DNA of 32,000 bases from Gemmata obscuriglobus (GTDB taxonomy: Bacteria; Planctomycetota; Planctomycetia; Gemmatales; Gemmataceae): positions 2,610,001 to 2,642,000 of the forward strand of contig NZ_CP042911.1 of assembly GCF_008065095.1 (NCBI RefSeq), in the 5' to 3' direction. The notes below the pieces were generated by a model. It was not told the DNA's origin. It ran no database searches and saw only the letters and a program-made list of their open reading frames with translations. Position numbers and translations under genes: made by a program. Every line of letters starts with the position of its first letter. Positions within the stretch are counted from its first letter, which is position 1. Shown piece by piece: positions 18,525 through 27,141 of this stretch.

Positions 18525-18896
18525 CCGACAGTGGTTTACGCGAAACCGCCCGCACCGAACACCAAAAACTCAGCGCCGGGCGCTGAAGGCGAGTGCTTCA
18601 TCTCATCTCAATTTCACGGAGCTTGCACTCGGCAACATGGAGCCTGTGGCCGCGCTTGGGGCGGCGACGACGGGGATTTGGCGCACGTACTGGCAGACCA
18701 TAAGAAGAAGCGGGGCGCCCTTCATTGCTGCTTACCGGGTCGGGCGTGTTTCGGTGGAGATCGCGGGCGACCTCCACCGGCGAATCGTGAGGTCCTCCGC
18801 GCAACTCGACTTTGACGACCGGACGTGGCACTCGACCGAAGGCCGCCGCGCGACCGGGCCGCGGTTGGGGGCGTCTCGAACGCGCTTCGCGGGCCT

Positions 18897-19388
18897 TTAC
18901 TTGTCACCTTTAATGGTGTGCTTCATCATCACCCGGCACATCTTCTCGCACTTCCGGCACTCCGCCGCGCACTGCTTCATGATCGCGTCGTGTTCGGCGT
19001 GCTTCTCACACGCATCGCCGCACCGCTTGCACGCCTCGGCGCACGCCGTGCAAATCAGGTCCGAGAACGGCCCGTTCTTTATCACAATCGCTGACGCCGA
19101 CTGACAGAGCGTCGCGCAGTCGATGCAGGTGCGAACCGTTTCGAGGTGCTCCTTCTTCCCCTCCGCAACCATCTTTGTGCAGTGGGCCGCGCACATGTTG
19201 CAGATCCGCGCGCAGTCGTCGCACTCTTTGGCACAGTCCATGAAGTGCGACATGTGCGGGTCGGCGGCCTTCGATTGCTCTTTCGTCGCGTTGTCCGGCT
19301 GCTTGCCACCCACTGACAAGGCCGTGCCGGCCACTGCGAAAGACACCGCCAACAGACCCAGAGCCCCGAACAGCTTGGTGCGGATCAT
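18897..19388 (-). CDS. Exported Cys-rich four-helix-bundle protein (DUF326 / Csp-like copper storage protein candidate)
   Basis: Signal peptide MIRTKLFGALGLLAVSFAVAGTALS. 18 Cys residues are arranged as CxxxC/CxxC ladders over four predicted helices (CAKECDDCARICNMCAAHC, CIDCATLC, CTACAEACKRCGDAC, CAAECRKCEKMC). Confidence 0.82.
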   Translation of the reverse strand: MIRTKLFGALGLLAVSFAVAGTALSVGGKQPDNATKEQSKAADPHMSHFMDCAKECDDCARICNMCAAHCTKMVAEGKKEHLETVRTCIDCATLCQSASAIVIKNGPFSDLICTACAEACKRCGDACEKHAEHDAIMKQCAAECRKCEKMCRVMMKHTIKGDK

Positions 19389-19470
19389 GATTCCCCCTCT
19401 GTAAACGGAACGCCGGACCGCTCAGGCGGCGGCGGCACGGAGGGAGTCGTGTGCAAACGTCGCGCCGCCG

Positions 19471-20637
19471 TCAGGCGGCGTTCCGCTCGCCGCGTTTCAG
19501 CCACTTCTGCATGCCTTCCAGTTCGGCCTGCCACGCGCCACTGAACCGCTTCTGCCCGAAAGCGTCGTACAGCAGGTCGAGCGTCTGGACCAACTCGCGG
19601 AGCTGGTTCGCGCGGTCGTCCAGTTTCCCGCGGGCGTCGGCCCCTTCGTCGGGCGGCGGGAGTTTCGCCCCACCCACACCGAGCGTTTCGGCGTGCAGGG
19701 TCAGTTCGTACTGGTCGCTGTTCCGCACCAGCGTCAACCCGACCTTCCGGGGCAGCTTGCCGCTCTGGATCGCGCGCCGCGCCTCCGGGAGCCGTGTCGG
19801 GCCTTCGTGCGTGATGGTCTCGTGCCCGGTCTGCCCCCGGGGGCACTCCAGGTTGAGCGTGCGGGCCAGCATCAGCGTCACTTCGGAGCCGTCGAGGAGC
19901 TTGAGCGTGTCGGACTCGATGTCGGTGTAGTACCAGAGCCACAGCAGGAACTCGTTGCCGATGAAGTCCCGGCTGCTGTCGTCCGCGATCCAGGCGATGT
20001 CGGGCGACGCGTTGGGCACGAACGCGCTGGGCGCGGCGTCATCAACCGACCGGGTGAGCGAGTGCAGCTCCGCGAGCTGGTACGCGCGCCGGCCCGCCGT
20101 CACGCACTCCAGCTCGTGCCCGAAGGTCTGCTCGAAGAGGCTCGTGAGCCGGTCGACCTGGGTGAGCGAGGTGGCGCCGAACAGCACCTCGTTCGTCTGC
20201 CGGTCCCACAGGACGGGCACGCACTTCCGCTTGCGGTAGCGGCCGTCCTTGGCCTCTTGCTCGAGACGCTGGCGGGCGATCTCCTTCGCCTCGCGCTTCT
20301 GGCGCGCGCTGGCGAACCCGCTGGGGTTGTCCTTCGAGAGGGCCTTGAGCTCGACGGCGGTGTACGCGCGGAGCAGGTCGCCGGGGAGCTTCTCGGTGTC
20401 GACGCGCAGCTCGAAGTTGAGCGTGTCGTTGATGATGTTCTTCTCGAACCCGAAGTCGGTGTCGAGGATGTGTTCGCCGGCGGTCCAGCCGGTTTCGACC
20501 CCGTCGGCGGACGCGATCCGCTGGCGACCGGCCTGGTGGTCGGAGAGGCGGGCGAGGTGCTCGTCGTCGAACTGGCGCGGCGCCGGGCCGTTCACCTTGA
20601 AGCGCAGACACGTCACGCGCCCTGCGAAAAAGCCCAT
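19471..20637 (-). CDS. RdgC-like recombination-associated protein (tentative family call)
   Basis: ATG at 20637 with GGAGG 7 nt upstream; the listed ORF start at 20751 is an extension. The N-terminus MGFFAGRVTCLRFKV and the overall layout (basic KREAKE helix, VLWDRQTNEVLFGATS, acidic C-terminal half) resemble the RdgC family from memory. Confidence 0.7.
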   Translation of the reverse strand: MGFFAGRVTCLRFKVNGPAPRQFDDEHLARLSDHQAGRQRIASADGVETGWTAGEHILDTDFGFEKNIINDTLNFELRVDTEKLPGDLLRAYTAVELKALSKDNPSGFASARQKREAKEIARQRLEQEAKDGRYRKRKCVPVLWDRQTNEVLFGATSLTQVDRLTSLFEQTFGHELECVTAGRRAYQLAELHSLTRSVDDAAPSAFVPNASPDIAWIADDSSRDFIGNEFLLWLWYYTDIESDTLKLLDGSEVTLMLARTLNLECPRGQTGHETITHEGPTRLPEARRAIQSGKLPRKVGLTLVRNSDQYELTLHAETLGVGGAKLPPPDEGADARGKLDDRANQLRELVQTLDLLYDAFGQKRFSGAWQAELEGMQKWLKRGERNAA

Positions 20638-20661
20638 CGTCCAACCTCCGTGTCGAAAGCG

Positions 20662-20753
20662 GTGTGGGTGCGAGCGGGGCGCGAAACCTGCGGCAGGCGC
20701 CGGGCTCGCACGCCGGCCCGCCGCTGCTCCTGCACCCGCACTCGCACCCACAC
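20662..20753 (-). promoter_or_regulatory. Structured leader or terminator element upstream of the RdgC-like gene
   Basis: A 13-bp perfect long-range inverted repeat, GTGTGGGTGCGAG (20662-20674) with CTCGCACCCACAC (20741-20753), encloses 66 nt containing a nested GGCGC..CCTG/CAGG..GCGCC helix. It ends 24 nt upstream of the ATG. Confidence 0.35.
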
Positions 20754-20773
20754 GCCGCCGCGAAGCGGGGCGG

Positions 20774-20950
20774 TCAGCCGACCAGCACGGCCTCGCTCAC
20801 TTCGCAGTCCTTGCGGCGCATCTCCTCCAGAATGATCGGATGCCAGGCGGCGTCGCGCTCATCGGAGGGGACATAATTTTCGCGTGCCCAGCGGCGGAGC
20901 CGCAGCTCCTCAATGAAATCCACGCTGTCAGCGGCGCCGCTGGTGTACAT
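20774..20950 (-). CDS. Small hypothetical protein (58 aa)
   Basis: ATG at 20950. The sequence MYTSGAADSVDFIEELRLRRWARENYVPSDERDAAWHPIILEEMRRKDCEVSEAVLVG looks helical and non-repetitive, and codon third positions are mostly G/C. The SD is weak. The hairpin GCCCGC..GCGGGC (20977-20993) argues against the longer 74-aa version. Confidence 0.45.
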   Translation of the reverse strand: MYTSGAADSVDFIEELRLRRWARENYVPSDERDAAWHPIILEEMRRKDCEVSEAVLVG

Positions 20951-21320
20951 GACCCTGGCCCTTTCGCGGTCTGTTAGCCCGCACCGTGCGGGCCTCACCG
21001 CTTAGCCGGTGCCGTCACGGGCGCCAGCGGGTCGGTGAGGAGAGGTACTGCCGGAGCGCCGGCAGAGCAAGAAAATTCTGAGCGGAGCAAGTTATAGGGA
21101 CCCCCAAAAGCTCGGCAACGCGAGCGGGGAATTTTATCTGCAAACCGGGACGAACGTTCCGCCACACACAGCTTAAGAGAAGTTCCACAAAATCGGATGT
21201 GACGAGTTGCGGAAACCTGGGCCGATTGGGCAATTTTGCAAACGGCGGTTGTGCGCCCGCCGTGACGCGGGTACGGTGCCGATTATGTGGGGCGGCCTTC
21301 CCAGGACGGACGGGACAGAA

Positions 21321-22046
21321 ATGGACTTCTACGTCGGCACCAGCGGGTACTCGTACCCCGAGTGGAAAGGACGCTTCTACCCGCCCAAGTGCCCGGCAAA
21401 CAAGATGCTGGGCTACTACTCCGGGCGGTTCCGCGCCGTCGAGATCAACAACACGTTTTACCGCCCCCCGACCGCGACGCTGCTGGAGGGCTGGGCGCGA
21501 CAGGTGCCCGAGGGCTTTCGGTTCGTACTGAAAGCGCCGCAAGAGATCACGCACGTGAAGCGCCTCGCCGGCGCGTGCGACCAGGTCGCGTCCCTCGTCA
21601 CGACCGCGGACGTACTCGGCGACCGGTTCGGCCCGGTGCTGTTCCAGTTGCCGCCGCCGTTCCGCAAGGACGTTCCGCTCCTGAGCGAGTTCCTGGGCCG
21701 GTTGCCGGCGTGCCGGGTGGCGTTCGAGTTCCGCCACCCGTCGTGGTTTGAAGAGGACGTGTTCGACCTGCTGCGTGACCACCAGGCCGCGCTCTGCGTC
21801 GCCGACGCCGACGACGGGTTAGAAGTCCCCTTCGTCCCGACCGCGGACTGGGGCTACGTGCGCTTGCGCCGCGCCGAATACGACGATGCCGCGCTGCGCG
21901 GGTGGGCGACGAAGCTGCGCGGCGCGGGGTGGCGCGAAGGGTACGTGTTCTTCAAGCACGAGGACGCCGGCACCGGACCGCGACTGGCGTCACGGTTGCT
22001 GGACTTGTTTGCAGAGGGCACCGCGCCCCAAAAGCGGAGCGCGTAA
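21321..22046 (+). CDS. DUF72 family protein
   Basis: Motifs MDFYVGTSGYSYPEWKGRFYP, VEINNTFYRPP, LFQLPP and FEFRHPSWF. ATG 21321 lies inside the listed ORF. Confidence 0.87.
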   Translation: MDFYVGTSGYSYPEWKGRFYPPKCPANKMLGYYSGRFRAVEINNTFYRPPTATLLEGWARQVPEGFRFVLKAPQEITHVKRLAGACDQVASLVTTADVLGDRFGPVLFQLPPPFRKDVPLLSEFLGRLPACRVAFEFRHPSWFEEDVFDLLRDHQAALCVADADDGLEVPFVPTADWGYVRLRRAEYDDAALRGWATKLRGAGWREGYVFFKHEDAGTGPRLASRLLDLFAEGTAPQKRSA

Positions 22047-22485
22047 AGGGCCGCAATGCCAGCGCGCGCCGAAGTGCCTTCGGACGCGGTGGCCGGCACA
22101 CGGTCGCGAATCACAAAACCACGTCCTCCAGCGATTTGATCTGAACGGCGTCGGTCCCTTCCTTCACTCGAACTGCCCCTCGGCCCGGCAGGTGAGGTGC
22201 TCGCGGTCGAAGTCGTTGTCCGAGTGCAACCCGTCGCCGGCCTGGACCTCCTTCGACACACGCGTGTCGAAGAATCACTTGCTCTTCACATCTTCACCGC
22301 TTGCGCCCCGTTCGTGCGGCGACGGATTGATTTCCGGTGGAGCGCTCGACCGGTGTAACGCGACCGCCGTGCCAGGCGCGTTGGTCCCGGAGTTGCACGC
22401 CCCTGGCATAACGGCGCTCGCACTCCACCTCACATGGGCTGCGGAGCGCGTGCATCAGGGGCGGGTGCAGTTGACGGAGCGCGCG

Positions 22486-24543
22486 ATGTCGGAAGCACCA
22501 CAGCAGGTACGCGATGGGGCAATCACCCGCCCGTGGACGCCGGGCGAGCGCCGCCCGCTCGACGGGTTGCTCGAACGCGAGTGGCTGGTGACCAACGGGC
22601 TGGGAGGGTACGCGTCGGGAACCGTTTCCGGAGTCGCCACGCGGCGGTACCACGGGCTCCTCGTCGCCGCGCACCCGGCGCCGCTCGGCCGCATGATGAC
22701 GGTGAACCACCTTTGGGAATCCCTCCGCCTGCCAGACGACCGCACGATTTCGCTCGGCAGCGAAGAGAAGGCCGGCGCACGACCGAACATCCCCGGCGCA
22801 GAGCACCTCGTCGAGTTCCGACTCGAAGCTGGGCTCCCGGTGTGGCGGTACGAGATCGAGGGGTTCGAGCTGGAAAAGCGGATCTACTTCGCCCACCGAC
22901 GCAACACCGTGTTCGTTCGATACCGGCTAACCAAAGGGGCCGGCACCGTCCGGCTGAAGCTAAAACCGGCGGTCCACTTCCGCGGGCACGACGACAACGT
23001 CGGCACACCACACTGCACACCGCTGGTGCTCACCGCTGTCGGCGGCCGGTACGAGTTTTCGTGCGGGGACACGTTCCCGGTGCTCAGGCTGTTCCTCGAC
23101 GGCGGTACGAATGGCGGGTTCACGGTCCGCGGCGAGCGCGTTGAGGACGTGACGTACCGCATCGAAGAGTCACGCGGGTACGAGTTCCGCGGCGTGCTGG
23201 ACGCGCCCGGGTTCTTCCGACTCGATCTGGCACCGGGGCAGGAAGCCACGCTGATTTGTTCGACCGATCCGTGGGAGCAGATCAGGGCCGTGTCTCCGGC
23301 CGAGGTGCTGGCGGCGGAACAGATCCGGCGCCGACAACTGATCGAACAGGCCGCTCCCACTGCCCGGAGCGGGCTCGCGGCGGAACTGGTGCTCGCGGCC
23401 GACCAGTTCATCTTTACACCGGCGGCCCGGACCACAGGCGAAGTCCGTGCGCACGACGAGGCGCGGTCGATCATCGCCGGCTACCACTGGTTCACCGACT
23501 GGGGCCGCGACACGATGATCAGCCTGGAGGGGTTAACGCTCACCACCGGGCGGCACGCGGAAGCCGCGGACATCCTCCACATGTTCGCGCGGCACGTCAA
23601 GGACGGGCTCATTCCCAACCTGTTTCCGGAGCGCACGCGCGAGGGGCTCTACCACACTGCCGATGCGACCCTGTGGTTCTTCCATGCGCTCAACCGGTAC
23701 CTCAAGGCCACGGGCGACCGCGGGGCACTCAAGCAACTGCTGCCAACGTTCCGCGACATTGTCGAGCACCACGTCCGCGGGACGCGGTTCGGCATCGGTG
23801 TGGACCCGATCGATGGGCTGCTTCGCCAGGGCGCGGAAGGGTACCAACTCACCTGGATGGACGCAAAGGTGGGCGACTGGGTCGTCACCCCGCGGCGCGG
23901 CAAGGCGGTGGAGATCAACGCGCTGTGGTACAACGCGCTGCGGCTCCTGGAACAGTGGTCGCGCGAGGAAGGTGAGCAAGCGCGCGCCGACGCGGTTGCC
24001 CGGCACGCGGACCGGTGCCGCGAATCGTTCAACCGCCGGTTCTGGTACGAACCCGGCGGACACCTGTACGACGTACTCGACGGGCCGGACGGGACCGCCG
24101 ATCCGGCCCTGCGGCCGAACCAGGTGTTTGCGATCGCGCTCGATCACCCGGTGTTGGACGGGGAGCGCTGGCAAGCGGTGCTGAACGTGGTACGCGAGCA
24201 GTTGCTCACCCCGGTGGGGCTGCGGTCGCTCGCGCCGGGGCACCCGGACTACAAGCCGCAGTACTTCGGCGACCTCCGGGCACGGGACGCGGCCTACCAC
24301 CAGGGGACCGTGTGGGCGTGGCTCATCGGCCCGTTCACGGACGCCTGGATGAAGGCCCATCCCGACGACCGCGCCGCGCCGCACGAGTTCCTCGCCGGGT
24401 TCCGCCGGCACATGGTCGAGGCGTGCGTCGCCTCGATCAGCGAGGTGTTCGACGCCGAACCGCCGCACACCCCGCGCGGCTGCGTCGCGCAAGCGTGGAG
24501 CGTGGCCGAGGTGCTCCGGTGCCTCGCCAAAATCGGCGCCTGA
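22486..24543 (+). CDS. Glycogen debranching enzyme, GDE/amylo-alpha-1,6-glucosidase type
   Basis: ATG at 22486 with GGAG 6 nt upstream; the listed ORF start at 21886 is a non-protein-like extension. Motifs GGYASGTVSGVATRRYHGLL, IIAGYHWFTDWGRDTMISLEGL, LTWMDAKVGDWVVTPRRGKAVEINALWYNAL and QGTVWAWLIGPF. Confidence 0.9.
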   Translation: MSEAPQQVRDGAITRPWTPGERRPLDGLLEREWLVTNGLGGYASGTVSGVATRRYHGLLVAAHPAPLGRMMTVNHLWESLRLPDDRTISLGSEEKAGARPNIPGAEHLVEFRLEAGLPVWRYEIEGFELEKRIYFAHRRNTVFVRYRLTKGAGTVRLKLKPAVHFRGHDDNVGTPHCTPLVLTAVGGRYEFSCGDTFPVLRLFLDGGTNGGFTVRGERVEDVTYRIEESRGYEFRGVLDAPGFFRLDLAPGQEATLICSTDPWEQIRAVSPAEVLAAEQIRRRQLIEQAAPTARSGLAAELVLAADQFIFTPAARTTGEVRAHDEARSIIAGYHWFTDWGRDTMISLEGLTLTTGRHAEAADILHMFARHVKDGLIPNLFPERTREGLYHTADATLWFFHALNRYLKATGDRGALKQLLPTFRDIVEHHVRGTRFGIGVDPIDGLLRQGAEGYQLTWMDAKVGDWVVTPRRGKAVEINALWYNALRLLEQWSREEGEQARADAVARHADRCRESFNRRFWYEPGGHLYDVLDGPDGTADPALRPNQVFAIALDHPVLDGERWQAVLNVVREQLLTPVGLRSLAPGHPDYKPQYFGDLRARDAAYHQGTVWAWLIGPFTDAWMKAHPDDRAAPHEFLAGFRRHMVEACVASISEVFDAEPPHTPRGCVAQAWSVAEVLRCLAKIGA

Positions 24544-25029
24544 GCACGGCAGCGGACGGACCGCCGCCAACCGCGGTCACAAGTTGGCAGCGGCAGGGCC
24601 ACGACGCATTCGGTCGCCGCGCCGCTTGGAACCCGGAGCTGAAAGCTCTTGTGCGAACTGAAGGGGAAGCTACCCAGCCCGACCGGCGCTGTCAAACCCC
24701 ATTCGGAAGTAACTTGCGAACTCCATCAATGGCGAACTGTCCGGTCCGGCCCGCTGCTCACGTTACCAATTTTGAGCGCGGGTGCGTGCCGTGACGTTTG
24801 TGCGAGGGGAGCAAAAATGGGGGGACGCGCGAATCCGGTTAAACACGGTTGAGCGAGCGCCGCGCATCGCTTAACGTGGAGCCAGTAACGGGCGAACGCC
24901 CCCTCTGTCGGGACTGTTAAGACTCGTAAAAGTTTAAAATAGTTTAGTATAATTAGCGGTAGTTATATCATCGGGGCCGGCGCGCGTGCGGCCCGGAGCG
25001 CCTCGCGGGCGCGTTCGGCGGGTGGTGCC

Positions 25030-26679
25030 GTGAATCTGACCGTCTCTCAAAAGGGCCTTGCCCTCGCTCTCGTGCCGCTGGTGTTCCAGCTCGCGTTCGT
25101 CGCGCTGGTGCTCCAGGCCCAGCGCGACCAGATCGAGGCCGAGCGGTGGGCGGCGCACACGAAGGAAACGATCACCCAGGGCCACGAGGTCAACTCGGCG
25201 GTGTTGGACGCCCACGCCGCGGTGCGCGGGTACGTGATCTCCCGGGACCCCGTGTTCGCCCGACCGTACCAGGCGGCCCGCCGCGACCTGCCGGAGCGCC
25301 TGAACGCGCTCAGCGAGTTGGTCGCCGACAACCCCGGTCAGCAGGCCCGGGTCGCGGTCGTGCGGGCGCACGCCGAGGGGCTGCTCGCCTGGCTGGACGG
25401 GGTCGCGGGGCTGGTGGCGGGCGACAACGCCGCGGAGGCGGTGGCGCGGGTGCAAAGCGGCCGGGGCAACGAGCGGGCCGACGCGTTGCGGTCCGAGGTC
25501 GCTCAGTTCTTGGCCGAGGAGGAGCGCCTCGACCACGAACGGGGCATCACGCTGCAGCGAACGCGGGCGCGGTTCAACTGGCTGCTCGCGGCCGGCGGGG
25601 CCGCCGCGGTGGGCTGCACCGCCGCTCTCATCCTCGCGTTCCGCCGCACCATCGCGCGGCGGTTCGCGACCCTCGAAGCGAACGCCCGCGCGCTCGGCGC
25701 CGGCGGCACCCCCGCCCCCCTCGACGGGAGCGACGAGATCGCGCACGTCGACCGGGCCTTACGCGCAATGGCCGCTGAGCTGGGCCGCGCCTCGGGCGCC
25801 CTTCGGGAGGTGAACGAGGTGCTGGAGCGGCGGGTGCTGGAGCGGACCGCCGAGCTGGAAGCGGTCAACCGCGACCTGGCCCAAAAGAACGCCGAGAACG
25901 AGATGTTCGTGTACAGCGTGTCGCACGACCTGCGGTCCCCGCTGGTGAACCTCCAGGGGTTCAGCAAAGAACTCGAGAAGGCCGGGCAGCAGCTCGCCGC
26001 GGTGCTGGACGACGCCGCGGTGCCGCCGGACGTGCGGGACCGCGGGCGGGGGCTGCTCGGCGGCAAGATGGCCAAGTCCATCGGCTTCATCCAGACCGCG
26101 GTGCTGCGGCTGTCGGCGATCATCGACGCGCTGCTGCGGCTGTCCCGGGCCGGGCGGGTCGAGTACCGGTTGGAGGTGGTGGACCTGCCCCGCGTGGTGG
26201 CCCGGGTGGTGGCGGCGGCGCAGGGGACGATCGCCGAGCGCGGCGCGACCGTGCGGGTCGGCGCGCTGCCCCCCGCGTGGGGCGATCGGACCGCTCTGGA
26301 GCAGGCGTTCGCCAACCTGATCGGCAACGCGCTGACGTACCTGGACCCGGCGCGCCCGGGGCTGATCGAGGTCGGCTGCGCCTCCGAGGCGGGCGCCGAC
26401 GGGCCGCGCACGTACTTCGTTCGGGACAACGGGCTGGGCATCGCCGAGGGCCACCAGCACAAGATCTTCCACGCGTTCCAGCGGGCGCACCCCGGGGTCG
26501 GGGCCGGCGAGGGGCTCGGCCTGGCGATCGTCGCGCGGGTCGCCGAGCGGCACCACGGGCGGGTGTGGGTCGAGTCCCGGCCCGGCGCCGGCAGCACGTT
26601 CTTCCTCGCCCTTCCCGCCCCGCCCGGCCGGGCCGGCGGCGGGGCCGCACCCGCGCCCGCCGAAGCCAAAGGAGGCTGA
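25030..26679 (+). CDS. Sensor histidine kinase with a CHASE3-like periplasmic domain, HAMP, HisKA and HATPase_c
   Basis: TM1 is followed by a helical sensor (ETITQGHEVNSAVLDAHAAVRGYVISRD..), TM2, a HAMP-like linker, the H-box FVYSVSHDLRSPL, the N-box NLIGNALTY, and the G-boxes DNGLGI and GEGLGLAIV. Confidence 0.9.
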   Translation: MNLTVSQKGLALALVPLVFQLAFVALVLQAQRDQIEAERWAAHTKETITQGHEVNSAVLDAHAAVRGYVISRDPVFARPYQAARRDLPERLNALSELVADNPGQQARVAVVRAHAEGLLAWLDGVAGLVAGDNAAEAVARVQSGRGNERADALRSEVAQFLAEEERLDHERGITLQRTRARFNWLLAAGGAAAVGCTAALILAFRRTIARRFATLEANARALGAGGTPAPLDGSDEIAHVDRALRAMAAELGRASGALREVNEVLERRVLERTAELEAVNRDLAQKNAENEMFVYSVSHDLRSPLVNLQGFSKELEKAGQQLAAVLDDAAVPPDVRDRGRGLLGGKMAKSIGFIQTAVLRLSAIIDALLRLSRAGRVEYRLEVVDLPRVVARVVAAAQGTIAERGATVRVGALPPAWGDRTALEQAFANLIGNALTYLDPARPGLIEVGCASEAGADGPRTYFVRDNGLGIAEGHQHKIFHAFQRAHPGVGAGEGLGLAIVARVAERHHGRVWVESRPGAGSTFFLALPAPPGRAGGGAAPAPAEAKGG

Positions 26680-26682
26680 CCG

Positions 26683-27126
26683 ATGCCCTCACGCGAGTTG
26701 ATGATCCTGATGGCCGAGGACGACGCGGGGCACGCGTACCTGATCCAGCAGAACCTGGAGGACGCGGGCATCTCGAACCCGGTGGTCCACGTGCCCGACG
26801 GGCAAGAGGCGCTCGACTTCATCCGCGCCGAGGGGGCGTTTGCGGGGCGCGTGCCGAACGGGCCGCTGCTGCTGCTGCTGGACATCAACATGCCCCGGGT
26901 GGACGGGGTCGAGGTGCTCCGCCGGCTCAAGGCGGACCCGCGCACCGACCAGATCCCGGTGATCATGCTGACCACCACCGACGACCCGCGCGAGGTGCAG
27001 CGGTGCTACGAGCTGGGGTGCTCGTGCTACGTCACCAAGCCGGTCGAGTACGACCGGTTCGTCGAGGCGGTGCGGCGCCTGGGCCTGTTTCTGGCCATCG
27101 TTCAAGTGCCCCGAGAAGACCGCTGA
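26683..27126 (+). CDS. Stand-alone receiver-domain response regulator (Rcp/CheY-like)
   Basis: ATG lies 4 nt after the kinase stop, and the SD AAAGGAGG sits inside the kinase 3' end. Motifs ILMAEDDAGHA, LLLLDINMPRVDG, IPVIMLTTT and YVTKP. There is no output domain. Confidence 0.92.
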   Translation: MPSRELMILMAEDDAGHAYLIQQNLEDAGISNPVVHVPDGQEALDFIRAEGAFAGRVPNGPLLLLLDINMPRVDGVEVLRRLKADPRTDQIPVIMLTTTDDPREVQRCYELGCSCYVTKPVEYDRFVEAVRRLGLFLAIVQVPREDR

Positions 27127-27141
27127 AGTCAGGAGCCGCCC

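Noticed and set aside
21015-21782. 255-aa minus-strand ORF overlapping DUF72
   Set aside because: It is antisense to a gene with clear DUF72 motifs, and its upstream third runs through a non-coding, lower-GC spacer without a start context.
22164-22259. 31-aa minus-strand mini-ORF (MSKEVQAGDGLHSDNDFDREHLTCRAEGQFE) in the 440-nt spacer before the debranching-enzyme gene, initially considered a RiPP-like precursor
   Set aside because: It has a GTG start with no SD at a usable distance, because the nearby GAAGGAGG lies inside the ORF. There are no adjacent maturation genes. It cannot be supported without conservation data.
19471-24543. N-terminal extensions of listed ORFs (20751 vs 20637; 21207 vs 21321; 21886 vs 22486; also 13781 vs 13670, 15494 vs 15659, 17691 vs 17634, 9290 vs 9095)
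   Set aside because: In each case an internal ATG or GTG with a proper SD is followed immediately by the family-typical N-terminus or a signal peptide. The upstream extension is Arg/Pro/Gly-rich and non-protein-like, or overlaps a neighbouring gene.
24817-24852. 11-codon uORF (MGGRANPVKHG) with GAGGGGAG upstream
   Set aside because: It is too short to evaluate and has no obvious attenuator structure linked to it. It is probably fortuitous.
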